Positions 36,313-46,300 of a stretch of DNA of 64,000 nucleotides are shown one piece after another. The DNA lies in the IMG/VR virus record IMGVR_UViG_3300028888_005256, one strand, 5' to 3'. Below the pieces are notes generated by a model that did no database searches, had not been told where the DNA came from, and was given only the letters and a program-made list of their open reading frames with translations. A program made the translations under genes and the position numbers. Within the stretch, counting starts at the first letter, position 1. The number at the start of each line of letters is the position of its first letter. This DNA is from a virus. Taxonomy: Duplodnaviria > Heunggongvirae > Uroviricota > Caudoviricetes.

Positions 36313-36876
36313 CTAAAAAATTTTTGAAATTTGATTGTCTTTTAAGAGATAAAGTGTTCGAGGTGCTAGTATACAAGATTTGCCGATTTTGAGTTCTTTA
36401 TGAAAATGACCGATTATAAAAGAATTTCTCACAAGTATATGAATGATTCTATCTGGCAATCGTTTCTTGTTTATGCCTCTATAGGTTTCTGGCTTTATAA
36501 AAGATAAGATTTTTGCTATAAAAGAGTAGACTTTTGGGAATAACAAAAAACTCAGCTCAAGTTGATGGCCATGCATAAGAATTTTGTCTTCATACAATAA
36601 GCCTTCTAAACCACAATCAATGTCGTTGTTTCCCTTTACCATGATGTAGTTGTGGTTAATGAATTCTATGTATAGATCAGGATGTGCAACAGCTGCTTTG
36701 ACTCTGTCTCCTTGGAATGTGTCACCCAACAAAATCAAAGTTTTCGAGTTCTCTCTAAGCTGCTTAATAAGAGATTCTTCATTGTCGATCTTTTCTTGAC
36801 TCATGTGCAGATCAGCTAAGATCAAATAGTCGTCTTTCTTGAGTCTAAGAAACTTTTTGAAAAACAAATCCCTCAT
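36313..36876 (-). CDS. calcineurin-like metallophosphoesterase (YfcE/MJ0936-type)
   Basis: ATG 36876 after GGAGAA; motifs LADLHM, LGDTFQGD, GNNDID, HGHQL, GHFH. Confidence 0.6.
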   Translation of the reverse strand: MRDLFFKKFLRLKKDDYLILADLHMSQEKIDNEESLIKQLRENSKTLILLGDTFQGDRVKAAVAHPDLYIEFINHNYIMVKGNNDIDCGLEGLLYEDKILMHGHQLELSFLLFPKVYSFIAKILSFIKPETYRGINKKRLPDRIIHILVRNSFIIGHFHKELKIGKSCILAPRTLYLLKDNQISKIF

Positions 36877-37339
36877 TTGTGTTCTCCACAACTGTCAAGA
36901 AGTCTTTGTACTTTGTAGACAAAAGTGTCCACAGCTCTTTACTGAATTTGTTCCAGTCTTTGCGTTTTGCAATCACTCTATCATCGTCAGCTCTACCACG
37001 CGATGTAAAGTCGACATTTGTTCTTTTGTCATTAATCCAGATAATCGAGAATGGGCGCTTCCACTCATTATACATCTCTAGCACTTTTGAAGCTTGACAA
37101 GTGTCTTTGAAAGCATTGTCTATGATGTTTGAATGACCGAACATGATATTTTCACGAATTATGTCTGCTAAGTCATCGCAAGAAATCTTCATAGGGACTT
37201 CCTCTCCCCATTCTTTGTATTTCTTTCTAACACAATCACCTACATGAATTTCGTTTGCAGCTACAAATTGCTCAATAACTTTGCATAGTTCACTTTTGCC
37301 GCAGTATGATGGGCCTACTAAAAAAATGTCTCTTCCCAT
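36845..37339 (-). CDS. P-loop nucleoside/polynucleotide kinase-like protein
   Basis: Walker A GPSYCGKSE near the N-terminus; 164 aa; overlaps the downstream phosphoesterase gene by about 30 nt. Confidence 0.55.
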   Translation of the reverse strand: MGRDIFLVGPSYCGKSELCKVIEQFVAANEIHVGDCVRKKYKEWGEEVPMKISCDDLADIIRENIMFGHSNIIDNAFKDTCQASKVLEMYNEWKRPFSIIWINDKRTNVDFTSRGRADDDRVIAKRKDWNKFSKELWTLLSTKYKDFLTVVENTNEGFVFQKVS

Positions 37340-37341
37340 TT

Positions 37342-37914
37342 TTATTTTCCGTCTAGAGCTACAAAAATTGCTGAATGCTTTTCGTTAAGCTCTTTTCTCT
37401 GCTTTTTATAGTAGTATGAAGATTTTAATGCTAAACCAAAGGTGCATCTTGCATCTCTATTGTAAATAGAGTTAATGTTGCGTTCAACATTCAATTCATT
37501 AAAATTGTCAATGAGATAGTGAAGCACTGATTCTGAAACTTTTAAGAGATAATTCTCCACAAAAGCATCTTTAGACTTGCTTGGATCAAAGTTTACACAA
37601 GCATTTGGTACAGTCCACTCAAATTTGTGATGTTTCTTTGACCATGTGAATTTTGGCTCTGCAGAATACTTAAATGCGCACCAAACTCTCTCTCCATCAC
37701 TGTTCATCCAATCGTCTGCACCGTAGAAAATCCCATGTCTTGTAAAGCGAATATCAACAATTGCACCAGTGCTCGTATGCACATGATCTTCAGGAGCCCA
37801 AGTTGGCTTTGCCGGAGTTCCAAAAATATCTTCATAATGATCGTCTAATAGATGAGTTGATGACTCCAACAATTTTAAGATTCTAACAAACTTATTTTTC
37901 TCTTTTCGTGTCAT
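37342..37914 (-). CDS. hypothetical protein
   Basis: 190 aa; tightly packed operon member. Confidence 0.45.
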   Translation of the reverse strand: MTRKEKNKFVRILKLLESSTHLLDDHYEDIFGTPAKPTWAPEDHVHTSTGAIVDIRFTRHGIFYGADDWMNSDGERVWCAFKYSAEPKFTWSKKHHKFEWTVPNACVNFDPSKSKDAFVENYLLKVSESVLHYLIDNFNELNVERNINSIYNRDARCTFGLALKSSYYYKKQRKELNEKHSAIFVALDGK

Positions 37915-38219
37915 GATATTGCCCAGCCTACAAAGTCTTTTGCAAATTTTGGTTTTTCACATTGTTCATAGCCAAGACACATTTTCTTCTCTTTGTCGTA
38001 TTTAGCTGCAAACCAAATGTCTTCACCTATAATAGGATTAATTAACCCTTCATAGTGAGGCTCAATGACTGCATATTTGTAATATCCAGCTTCATTCATG
38101 TCTGTCCAATTTTCTGTAACAGCTTGAATTGCTTTGTCTTTAGAAGTGAAAAAGCCCCAGCAACGAGAATCATGATTTTCATCATCGCTAACTGAAGCAA
38201 TAAAATAGTACTTTATCAT
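37911..38219 (-). CDS. hypothetical protein
   Basis: 102 aa; ATGA overlaps at both ends. Confidence 0.45.
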   Translation of the reverse strand: MIKYYFIASVSDDENHDSRCWGFFTSKDKAIQAVTENWTDMNEAGYYKYAVIEPHYEGLINPIIGEDIWFAAKYDKEKKMCLGYEQCEKPKFAKDFVGWAIS

Positions 38220-40342
38220 AAAACTTCCTGACGTTCAGTACTTTTCCATTCAATGTTATCTACGATAAATATTGATCTGTTGCCTGTTTTAGGATCTACT
38301 ATGTGCTCAATTGGGAGCCTTATAGACATTTTGCTACACACACCTTGTGTTTTACGATTCAAGTAGTCACCATTTAGGCCTGAATTAATCCCAGAATCGC
38401 CTTCTGATAGATAAAGCGTATGATGAGCGCCTATATCAGGAGTATCTAGTCTTAATGTCACATTTGTAAATTTTTTTAAATTGCCTATATTCTTATTGTA
38501 GTTATGGCCAAGAGATTCTCCAAAAGGCGCTACAAAGAATCCAAATGCATTATGAAAATCATCACCGCTTGGGCAAAACGGCAACACAGCATATCTGCTT
38601 GCTTTACCACGTGCAGCAAAATCTTCTGAATAAAGACTAAAAACTTCACCCTTATAGCTAGAACATCTAGACCATTTACTGAAAACTTTGCAATCTTCGT
38701 AGAACACAGGTATATAGTCTTCATTGTTGCAAGCACATGTATCATCATCGGGAGAAACTTTATGTAGCATGCTACTAAAAATAGACGATGCGCCTCTCAT
38801 TGTAAAAGCTTGGTCATTGAGCTTATCAGACTCAACTCCTACTGGCATAAGCAATGGCATCGCAACTGCCCAAACTCTATAATACAGATAACCACAATTA
38901 ACGCCAGGCTCTGCCATGTGCACCTGCAGATAAGCATGAGGACCCATTACTATAGGGTGCATAAAGTATGTATCGATCATTGCTTTTGATCGAGATTGCA
39001 CAAATATGTAAACCAACTTTAAATGAGATGAATAGTTGTACATATGAATCCACTTGTTTGCGTTCTTTTTAGTAGGACCCAGCCAATTTCGCTCAGCTAC
39101 AGATATGCTACGAAGATCCCCATTGAAGCTGAAATCCCACAAAACGCTGCTGCTTATACAGAGCGCGCACTTACCAGCAGTGAAGAGTGTGTTGTCTTCG
39201 CCGCATATTTCCTGTGTAAGCTCTTTACGAGAGACATACTTTGTGTAAGTTTTCTCTACACAATTATAGTAATTTCCAATTACAGACATACTGTCTAGAA
39301 TCGTATTCTTGGAGTCTAAAAGCGGTATTGCAACAACTATTGAGTTCTGCCATATTGCATCTGGAATTTTTTCGTCATTGCTTACAGTCATGTAGCTTAC
39401 ACCGTTTGCGTCTACAACCGCATAAGATGAATCTCCTATACATAGAACAAGCAAATCTTTGTTACTATAGAGTCCTTCAGAACAATCAGAAATACCGTCA
39501 CTTGTGCAACACGGATAGCCTAAGTATCTGACGGCTTCTGCAGTCACACCACCTGATACAACAAGTATTGACCTCTCACTGCTGTCATTGCCCAAACTTA
39601 CAGCAAGATCTCTAGTACAACCAAAAGTAATGCATGGCAGCTTAAATGTCTCTTCATCACTTTGTAGCACAACTGGCAGATGCGCATCACCTGAAATTGT
39701 ATAATCGTCAAAACTGTCTGTCCTTGGTTTTGTTGTTAGCAGACCTTCACCGCAGCTAAATGACTCTTTCACTTTTCCGAGATCAGATTCCAAGCACCAA
39801 GAGTCATCACAAAAGCATTTGCGCTTAAAAACGGGTGTAGTGACCACTTGCAAAGTGAGGCCCTCAAAGCAATACTCTCTGCTATTATAGTTATCTAGGT
39901 GTTTGTACTGTGCTAAAATTTTTTTTGTTGCATACGCATACTCTGGTCTTTTAAAAAAGTCGTTCGAATCGTATTTCTTGAAATTCTCTCTTTCTACCAA
40001 AAGTGCATGCGCAGATGCGCCTGGTGCTAGAATAAAAGGGGCTATGCTATACCTAATAAATTGACCATCACCATAGAATCCTCCTGTGCCCATAACCATT
40101 CTAGGATATCTAGAATTATTATGTATAATGAAACCATTGAAGTGATACATGTCCTTTTGCGGCATTAAACGATGATATGTAATTTGATTTGCTGCTATTG
40201 AAGCCGGCACCTCTGTACTCATTTCTAAGTCATGCCTGAAAGCAAAGTCCTTGTAAACAATGTATCCCAAACCACTGACAGTATGATTGCTTTTATTATA
40301 AGTTACATTTAATTGTTGTCCACTTCCAAATTCAATTCTCAT
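38216..40342 (-). CDS. large Cys/Tyr-rich hypothetical protein (708 aa); paralog of 60876-61931 at the N-terminus
   Basis: About 35 Cys; N-terminus MRIEFGSGQ resembles MQIEFGNTA of gene 60876-61931. Confidence 0.5.
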   Translation of the reverse strand: MRIEFGSGQQLNVTYNKSNHTVSGLGYIVYKDFAFRHDLEMSTEVPASIAANQITYHRLMPQKDMYHFNGFIIHNNSRYPRMVMGTGGFYGDGQFIRYSIAPFILAPGASAHALLVERENFKKYDSNDFFKRPEYAYATKKILAQYKHLDNYNSREYCFEGLTLQVVTTPVFKRKCFCDDSWCLESDLGKVKESFSCGEGLLTTKPRTDSFDDYTISGDAHLPVVLQSDEETFKLPCITFGCTRDLAVSLGNDSSERSILVVSGGVTAEAVRYLGYPCCTSDGISDCSEGLYSNKDLLVLCIGDSSYAVVDANGVSYMTVSNDEKIPDAIWQNSIVVAIPLLDSKNTILDSMSVIGNYYNCVEKTYTKYVSRKELTQEICGEDNTLFTAGKCALCISSSVLWDFSFNGDLRSISVAERNWLGPTKKNANKWIHMYNYSSHLKLVYIFVQSRSKAMIDTYFMHPIVMGPHAYLQVHMAEPGVNCGYLYYRVWAVAMPLLMPVGVESDKLNDQAFTMRGASSIFSSMLHKVSPDDDTCACNNEDYIPVFYEDCKVFSKWSRCSSYKGEVFSLYSEDFAARGKASRYAVLPFCPSGDDFHNAFGFFVAPFGESLGHNYNKNIGNLKKFTNVTLRLDTPDIGAHHTLYLSEGDSGINSGLNGDYLNRKTQGVCSKMSIRLPIEHIVDPKTGNRSIFIVDNIEWKSTERQEVL

Positions 40343-40344
40343 TT

Positions 40345-41382
40345 TCAGCTCTTGAAAAATAATTCAAAGTACTCATTTCCAATGTCGCCAAACTCTTCAA
40401 CAAGTTTCTGTCTTTTGTCACTATCTGAAACTTTCTCACCAGTCTCAGATTCAATCATGCCAAAAGTAGACTTAATATTGTTAAGTTTCCTGTCTAACTG
40501 TTTAGTTCTGCGATTCCACTCTAATTCTGTAATTGGCTCTACTGGAAGTTTCTGTGTATCAAAAATATCGTAGACTCTATGATTTCTGCTATCACAAATA
40601 ACTACAATATTCTCATTTTTCTTCCAAGCAGTGTAATTTCCAAAGCAGTATTCAGTGTGGCCTACAACCTGTCTAGGATAGTATGCGTCTTCAAGAAGTG
40701 AATGCGGTCGAATCCACAAGCAAAATTGTGTCTTTTCGTCTCCGCTTCCTGAGAAATATCCATCCCAATCAAGTTTTTCATCGAATGAGCTTGAAAAATT
40801 AGTGGTTCCAGGAAAATGTGTTCTCTCATGCCAGCATTTATTCAAGAAATCTATAGAGTACTCTTTTGAGTCCCATTCTTTCACATCTTTATAGAGCTCT
40901 GCAAAATATGCATCAGCTTCTTCTTTAGAGTCAAATGCAGTCTTCTCCGCTTTCGGGTATTTTGTGTAAATATTATGCATGACATCACACATCAACTTCA
41001 CAGCAGTTTTAGAAAATCCTGCATGGCTAAAAACCCATCCGTCACATTCAAAAGCAAGATCTATAATGTCTTTGTTTGAGATAAATAAAGCTCTATATAA
41101 AGCTGCCATATTAGACTGATGACCACTACAGTTAGAGCCTTCTCTAGAACCTGAAAAATAACTCCAATCATGGTTCCCTAAAAGCAATTTTACTTTGTCT
41201 GGATTCTTTCTTTTGAAGTCAAAAATGTCTTTTACGTTCTCTTCTTGGTCAGGATGCTTGTTATTCCATGAGTCTACATAGTCTCCAAGAAAAACTACAT
41301 AATCTACTTCAGAAATTTTTTCTTTTGCAATTTCCCATTCATGAGAACCATGCACATCTGGTACTATAAGAATCTTTGCCAT
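40345..41382 (-). CDS. PPP-family (lambda-phosphatase/ApaH-like) metallophosphatase with C-terminal extension
   Basis: Motifs PDVHG, GDYVDSW, GNHDW (GDxHG / GDxVDRG / GNHE pattern). Start moved to ATG 41382; track start 41403 is TTG. Confidence 0.6.
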   Translation of the reverse strand: MAKILIVPDVHGSHEWEIAKEKISEVDYVVFLGDYVDSWNNKHPDQEENVKDIFDFKRKNPDKVKLLLGNHDWSYFSGSREGSNCSGHQSNMAALYRALFISNKDIIDLAFECDGWVFSHAGFSKTAVKLMCDVMHNIYTKYPKAEKTAFDSKEEADAYFAELYKDVKEWDSKEYSIDFLNKCWHERTHFPGTTNFSSSFDEKLDWDGYFSGSGDEKTQFCLWIRPHSLLEDAYYPRQVVGHTEYCFGNYTAWKKNENIVVICDSRNHRVYDIFDTQKLPVEPITELEWNRRTKQLDRKLNNIKSTFGMIESETGEKVSDSDKRQKLVEEFGDIGNEYFELFFKS

Positions 41383-41396
41383 AATTAGAAATATTA

Positions 41397-41428
41397 ACAG
41401 CAAAAGGGAGACAAACTTGTCCCCCTCT
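41397..41428 (-). terminator. rho-independent terminator (minus strand)
   Basis: GGGGGACAAGTTTGTCTCCC then TTTTGC on the minus strand, between the AAA ATPase and the phosphatase genes. Confidence 0.55.
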
Positions 41429-41454
41429 TAAAAAGCGATAAATTTTAAGTAATT

Positions 41455-42597
41455 TTACTCCATAGTCAAGCTAGAGTAGCCCACTACTCTGTCTGCTTTA
41501 GTGAAAGCACCCTCTTCGTAGATTTCTACTTTAAGAACTCGAAGATTTGCTTTCTCTTTGTCAGCGCACCAGTTGTTCACTCGAGCTACATCAGAAACAT
41601 CAAGAGTGTTGTATGCAGGAATTTTCTTTCCCTTCATAGGAATTGCTATCTGGAAGTAGTAGTCTTTGTCTTCTTTATCTTCTTTTTCAGTGCTTTCGAA
41701 CTCTGAAGTCAGTGTTGACTGACCAGGATAGAAATATCCGAAGCCTTGCTCTTCTGTATGTTCGACACCATAAACAGAGTATGTGACTTTTCCATAGACT
41801 GAAATACGGTCTGTCTCAATGTTGAGGTACTGCATAGCTTCATCGACTGTAACATCGAAATTGTTTACTTCATCGACGAGGGCTTTTATGATGTCAAGAG
41901 ACACATATCGATTTGCAAGCAATGCATCGACAATATCATCTCGAAGCTCTTTTTTCTGTAAGTGGTCTTCACAATAAGCTTTGATTGTGTCAGCACCCTC
42001 TGTATCGTATCTGTAGTGATACTTAATTCTGCCTGGACGAGACTTCAAGTTCTCATCAATTTTACTGAGGTTATTGACAGTCATAATGTACAGATTGTGA
42101 GTGCCGATTGAAGTTCCGTCAAGAAGTGAAAGCATTTCTTCCTGCTTTGAAAGAGTGTTACCTTCTGACTCTTCATTCACTTTGCCGCTGAAAACTTTCT
42201 CAAACTCATCAAGCAAAATAACACAATTTGACACATTCTTCAGAAAGTTGAACAAATCTGGTAAATAGTCATTCACTACAATAATTGGAATTTTTTCATT
42301 TACTGCATGCTCAATTACAAGACGAGCAGTCAAAGATTTTCCAAGGCCCTTTCCACCAGAAAGCAATACGCCAAGATTTGAATCTGCTTTCTTAAAAGCT
42401 TCAAATACATGGTCAGCAATTTTCTGTGACTTGCCGTAAATTTTCCCGTGGCTCAATTTGTAATCGTACTTTTCGAGAAATATACCCCGAAATTTGTCAA
42501 AAACAGGCGTCCACACTCCGTCAGGCAACTCTTTTCGAATGTCAATAGCTGACTCATCGATAAGAGAAGCTGTCGTCTTGTTGATTAAGAAAGACAT
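41455..42597 (-). CDS. AAA-family ATPase
   Basis: Walker A GGKGLGKS; Walker B VILLDEFE. Confidence 0.6.
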   Translation of the reverse strand: MSFLINKTTASLIDESAIDIRKELPDGVWTPVFDKFRGIFLEKYDYKLSHGKIYGKSQKIADHVFEAFKKADSNLGVLLSGGKGLGKSLTARLVIEHAVNEKIPIIVVNDYLPDLFNFLKNVSNCVILLDEFEKVFSGKVNEESEGNTLSKQEEMLSLLDGTSIGTHNLYIMTVNNLSKIDENLKSRPGRIKYHYRYDTEGADTIKAYCEDHLQKKELRDDIVDALLANRYVSLDIIKALVDEVNNFDVTVDEAMQYLNIETDRISVYGKVTYSVYGVEHTEEQGFGYFYPGQSTLTSEFESTEKEDKEDKDYYFQIAIPMKGKKIPAYNTLDVSDVARVNNWCADKEKANLRVLKVEIYEEGAFTKADRVVGYSSLTME

Positions 42598-43176
42598 TTA
42601 AAATTCTCCTCTAAAGTTTGCTTCGAAATCTTCTACTATTGAGTCATATCGTGGTGATAGAGCATTTATGCTGATGAGGAATCCAGATAATTTTCCATTA
42701 TCAAGATACGAGTAAAGCACTGCAGGCTTGAATTTCTGCCATACACTTTTCTCAGTGCCAGAAAACGGCTCTCTGGCCCATACATCATACACTCTGCTCT
42801 CAATACAATTATGCTCAATTCTATGTATTCGATTGTCTATACCATAATAATATAATTGTTTTTCTGAGAGTTTTTCAATATCTAAAGACAAATATGGATG
42901 TGTTCCTGATTTAATGTAATTAAGTGGTGCTCGAAAATTTCTGAGGTCTTCTTCATTTGCATGAGGGTACACTTCTTTCACAAGATATTTTGAAGACACT
43001 CTCACAACTGACAATTCACCTCTATAGCTTATGATATTGAAATACACTGAATCATAGAGAAGATTGCCATTTAAGTCTACTCTAAAGCACAAGTCGTACT
43101 TACTAAAGTCTTTAGCAACTCTCCATTTGTTTTGAAAGAACTCTTCAAGTTTTTTAACAATCTCTTCAATCTTCAT
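42598..43176 (-). CDS. hypothetical protein
   Basis: 192 aa; stop abuts the AAA gene start. Confidence 0.45.
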   Translation of the reverse strand: MKIEEIVKKLEEFFQNKWRVAKDFSKYDLCFRVDLNGNLLYDSVYFNIISYRGELSVVRVSSKYLVKEVYPHANEEDLRNFRAPLNYIKSGTHPYLSLDIEKLSEKQLYYYGIDNRIHRIEHNCIESRVYDVWAREPFSGTEKSVWQKFKPAVLYSYLDNGKLSGFLISINALSPRYDSIVEDFEANFRGEF

Positions 43177-43275
43177 AATCTCTTATATGAAATTAACATA
43201 GATTGAATATCTAAAACATATATACATTTGTATAATTATATTCGATCAAAAACATATATACATGTGTTTATTATA

Positions 43276-43355
43276 CGAATTCGTCAACTATTAATGGGGA
43301 CGATCAGCATATAGTAGGAGGGTTAGAACTGCTATTAATTATTAATTTAAATTTT
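43276..43355 (-). repeat. conserved bipartite intergenic element, copy 5 (inverted orientation)
   Basis: Reverse complement gives an exact L-box and R-box with core AGTTCTAACCCTCCTACTATATGCTGATCGTCC. Confidence 0.85.
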
Positions 43356-43393
43356 AAAGATTAGAATCATATTAGTAGTTCTACTAATTTCTT

Positions 43394-46300
43394 ATGTTAA
43401 ACGAGAAGCAACAATCATCTTTACTATACAAGCATTTTATGGGCATGGGCTCTACTCGTCTTCAGAGAGAATTCTTCGAGGAGTCTGCTAAATCTGCTTT
43501 CGCTGTTCTTCCAAAAGATATTTGGATGTATGCAGAAATGATTCCTAATGGATCTGAAGTTTCAGGTGGACTTGAATCTCTTGAAAAGATCAGAGACCTT
43601 TCAGCTGAGAATCCTTTGTTCACTTGGTTCAAGACTGAGTCTCAGCCAAAGTACCCAATTGTAAAATTTTGGGATAAACTTAGACTTACGCCTGTCGATG
43701 ATGGCACTGACAATTCATTCTATGTAAAAGACGAGAATGGTAATTTTATACGCAATGCGATCCCATTCAATTACTATGAAGACTATTATGCGTACTCTCT
43801 TTATACAGAAGACGGACGACAAATTCCTTTCGGCGTAGGTGATTGGACTTTTGATGCATCTTCAGGCATCTTGTCTTTCTTTGACATTATTCCTGATGGC
43901 ATAGACCATAATCATCCACCATTGTTCTCTTTCTATCAGTACGCAGGTGAATGTGGCATCAAGAGTTCTCTAGATGATTTGTTTGAGTCTGCAGTTTTGC
44001 CAATTACAAATTTCTGCATCCCAGAAGGCTCACCATTCATTTCTCTGAATAAAGACAATGAAAAGACTCTTCTTGAGCATATCAAAGATCAGACAAACAA
44101 AGTAGAAGACAATTATCTCTCTACTTATGGCTTTGACGGTGGTGATAAGAATGAAGGTGTTGCTTTCTCATGGGAAAGAGTCTTTCCTCTAATCTACACA
44201 AAGACAAAAGATTACGTAAAGGGCTATGATTCTAGTGCGACAGCTCAGATTGTTGTTACTTACTCTAGCAAATATGCAGTTTCTGAAGCAGAAAATGATT
44301 TCTTCTCTGTAGGCTTCGTTTCACATAATTGCTCTGATGAGAAGTTCACTCTCAAGCTTTCTGAGGGAAATATCGAATCTTGGGCAGACGGTGAGCTGAT
44401 TGATTCTAAAGCATTCAATTCTCAGCCAGATACAGCAAACATAAAGCTTGCATTGAACAATGGCTTCTGTTATGTACAGAAAAAGTCGAGCTTCACAGAA
44501 GATGCTGAATTTGAATTCTCTGTAGCAAACAGCATTGGTGAAGACGGAAAAGTAACTGGATTGCTTTTGTACTGGTCTTCAGCTAAGATGGACTATCTCC
44601 CATTTGTGCCTAAAGAAGAAGACCACTATGATTTCGGCTTCCCAATTGTAAGCCTTATTGGTAAGATTCCTCCTTCAATGAAGATGGACTCTACAGCTCT
44701 TACATCATTTGAAGATCAGATTACGCCAGATTACTATGGTCCTAGAGTTGCAGTTGCAGTAATTGGTCTTGAAGACGGTGATGCAACAAAATCTGCTGAC
44801 TACATTGTAAAGAATAAGCCTGGTTTCTATTTAGATGAGATTCTTACGGCAGTAAGAGAAGACCATCACTACGGAAAAGTTTATCTTCGTTCTGGCATCT
44901 ACAAGACAACGGGCACTCTTGATTTAAGTGATATCATCATTGAGGGCGAGGGCGACACTAAGATTGAAGGAGACACTCTTACAATAAGCAATGGTGAGAG
45001 AGACTACAATCATACATGCATTTCTCATATTGAACTTGACTTCAAAGACATAAGCATCTCTAATGACAACTGTATCATTGCAAATGTTTTCGCAAATTCT
45101 GCTACAATCACTGTAGAAGCAGATGTACAGAAGTTCATTCTTGAAAATGCTACAGTAGACACATTAAAGATTAAAGCTTCTAATCCAGCTGATTTTAGTC
45201 TAAAAGTTTTCAGCAGCAGATTCAGAAATGTAGAGATTGAATCAGCAAATGTAGTATTTGCAGATAATGTTGTAACAGGTTCATTGACTCTTCCAGAGAA
45301 TTTTAATTCTTACATCAAGTCTTCTTACATCAATAAAGTCTTCAATTTTAGCACAAAAGCAAAAGTTGACGGCACTTTCATAAATGAATATGATTTAGAG
45401 TCAGTTGCTGAGCATGGCATTACACCTATCGGTTCAGACAAAGAAGATACAACTGGACGATTTGCAATTTTTGATAAGAATGATTTCAAAAGCACTCGAT
45501 ATGCTGAATTCAAAGAGCCATTCCACTACAATAGAGACACTGATGTAATTGAGCTTCTTTATGACAAAGACTATGTAGACCTTGATGCAGATGGCAGACT
45601 TTATGTTACAGCAGACACAAAGCATTTGCACCCTGCACCAGATACAGTATTCTCTCGTGGAGATAATGCTTCAGATGATAATAAAGAATTCTTGCCTGCA
45701 AAGCAGTACAATTACAAAGATCATACAATAGACGATGTTCTTAAAGATTTGTGGCATGAAAAGGCCGACTTGACTGCTAGTGGAAAGATTCCTTTGCAGC
45801 AATTGCCAGATGCAGTAGCTTATGGTGGATTGATGTATGTAGGAAACTGGTCATTTGAAGACCATGATGGTGAGTACCCTACATTCAATGATGCAAACCA
45901 ATTCTTGTCTGCTGACAACACTAATAAAGCAATTCAGCGTGGTTGGTTCTGGGTTGTATCTGCTTCTAAAAATAAAGATAGCGATAGCGAAGAAGAAAAC
46001 ACTCCAGTAGCAGTTCAAGTTGCTAAAGATGGTGTAGAATATACTGCAGGTGACTGGGTAGTTTACTGTGGCGGTGAGAAACAATGGGATAAGCTTGATA
46101 GAGCATTCTCTGATCCAGCATACTCACCTCTCCCCTCTTCATCAAAAGCAACAGACGAGCCAGATAAGCCTTGGTACTGGAAAAACGATAGAAGGGGTGG
46201 AGCTCTTGAGCTTGGTGGCGATACAATCATCACTGCTTTCAATAAAGTAAATGATCAGCTCAGAAAACTTGAGCCTAGAAAGCCAGACAGTATCAATGAC

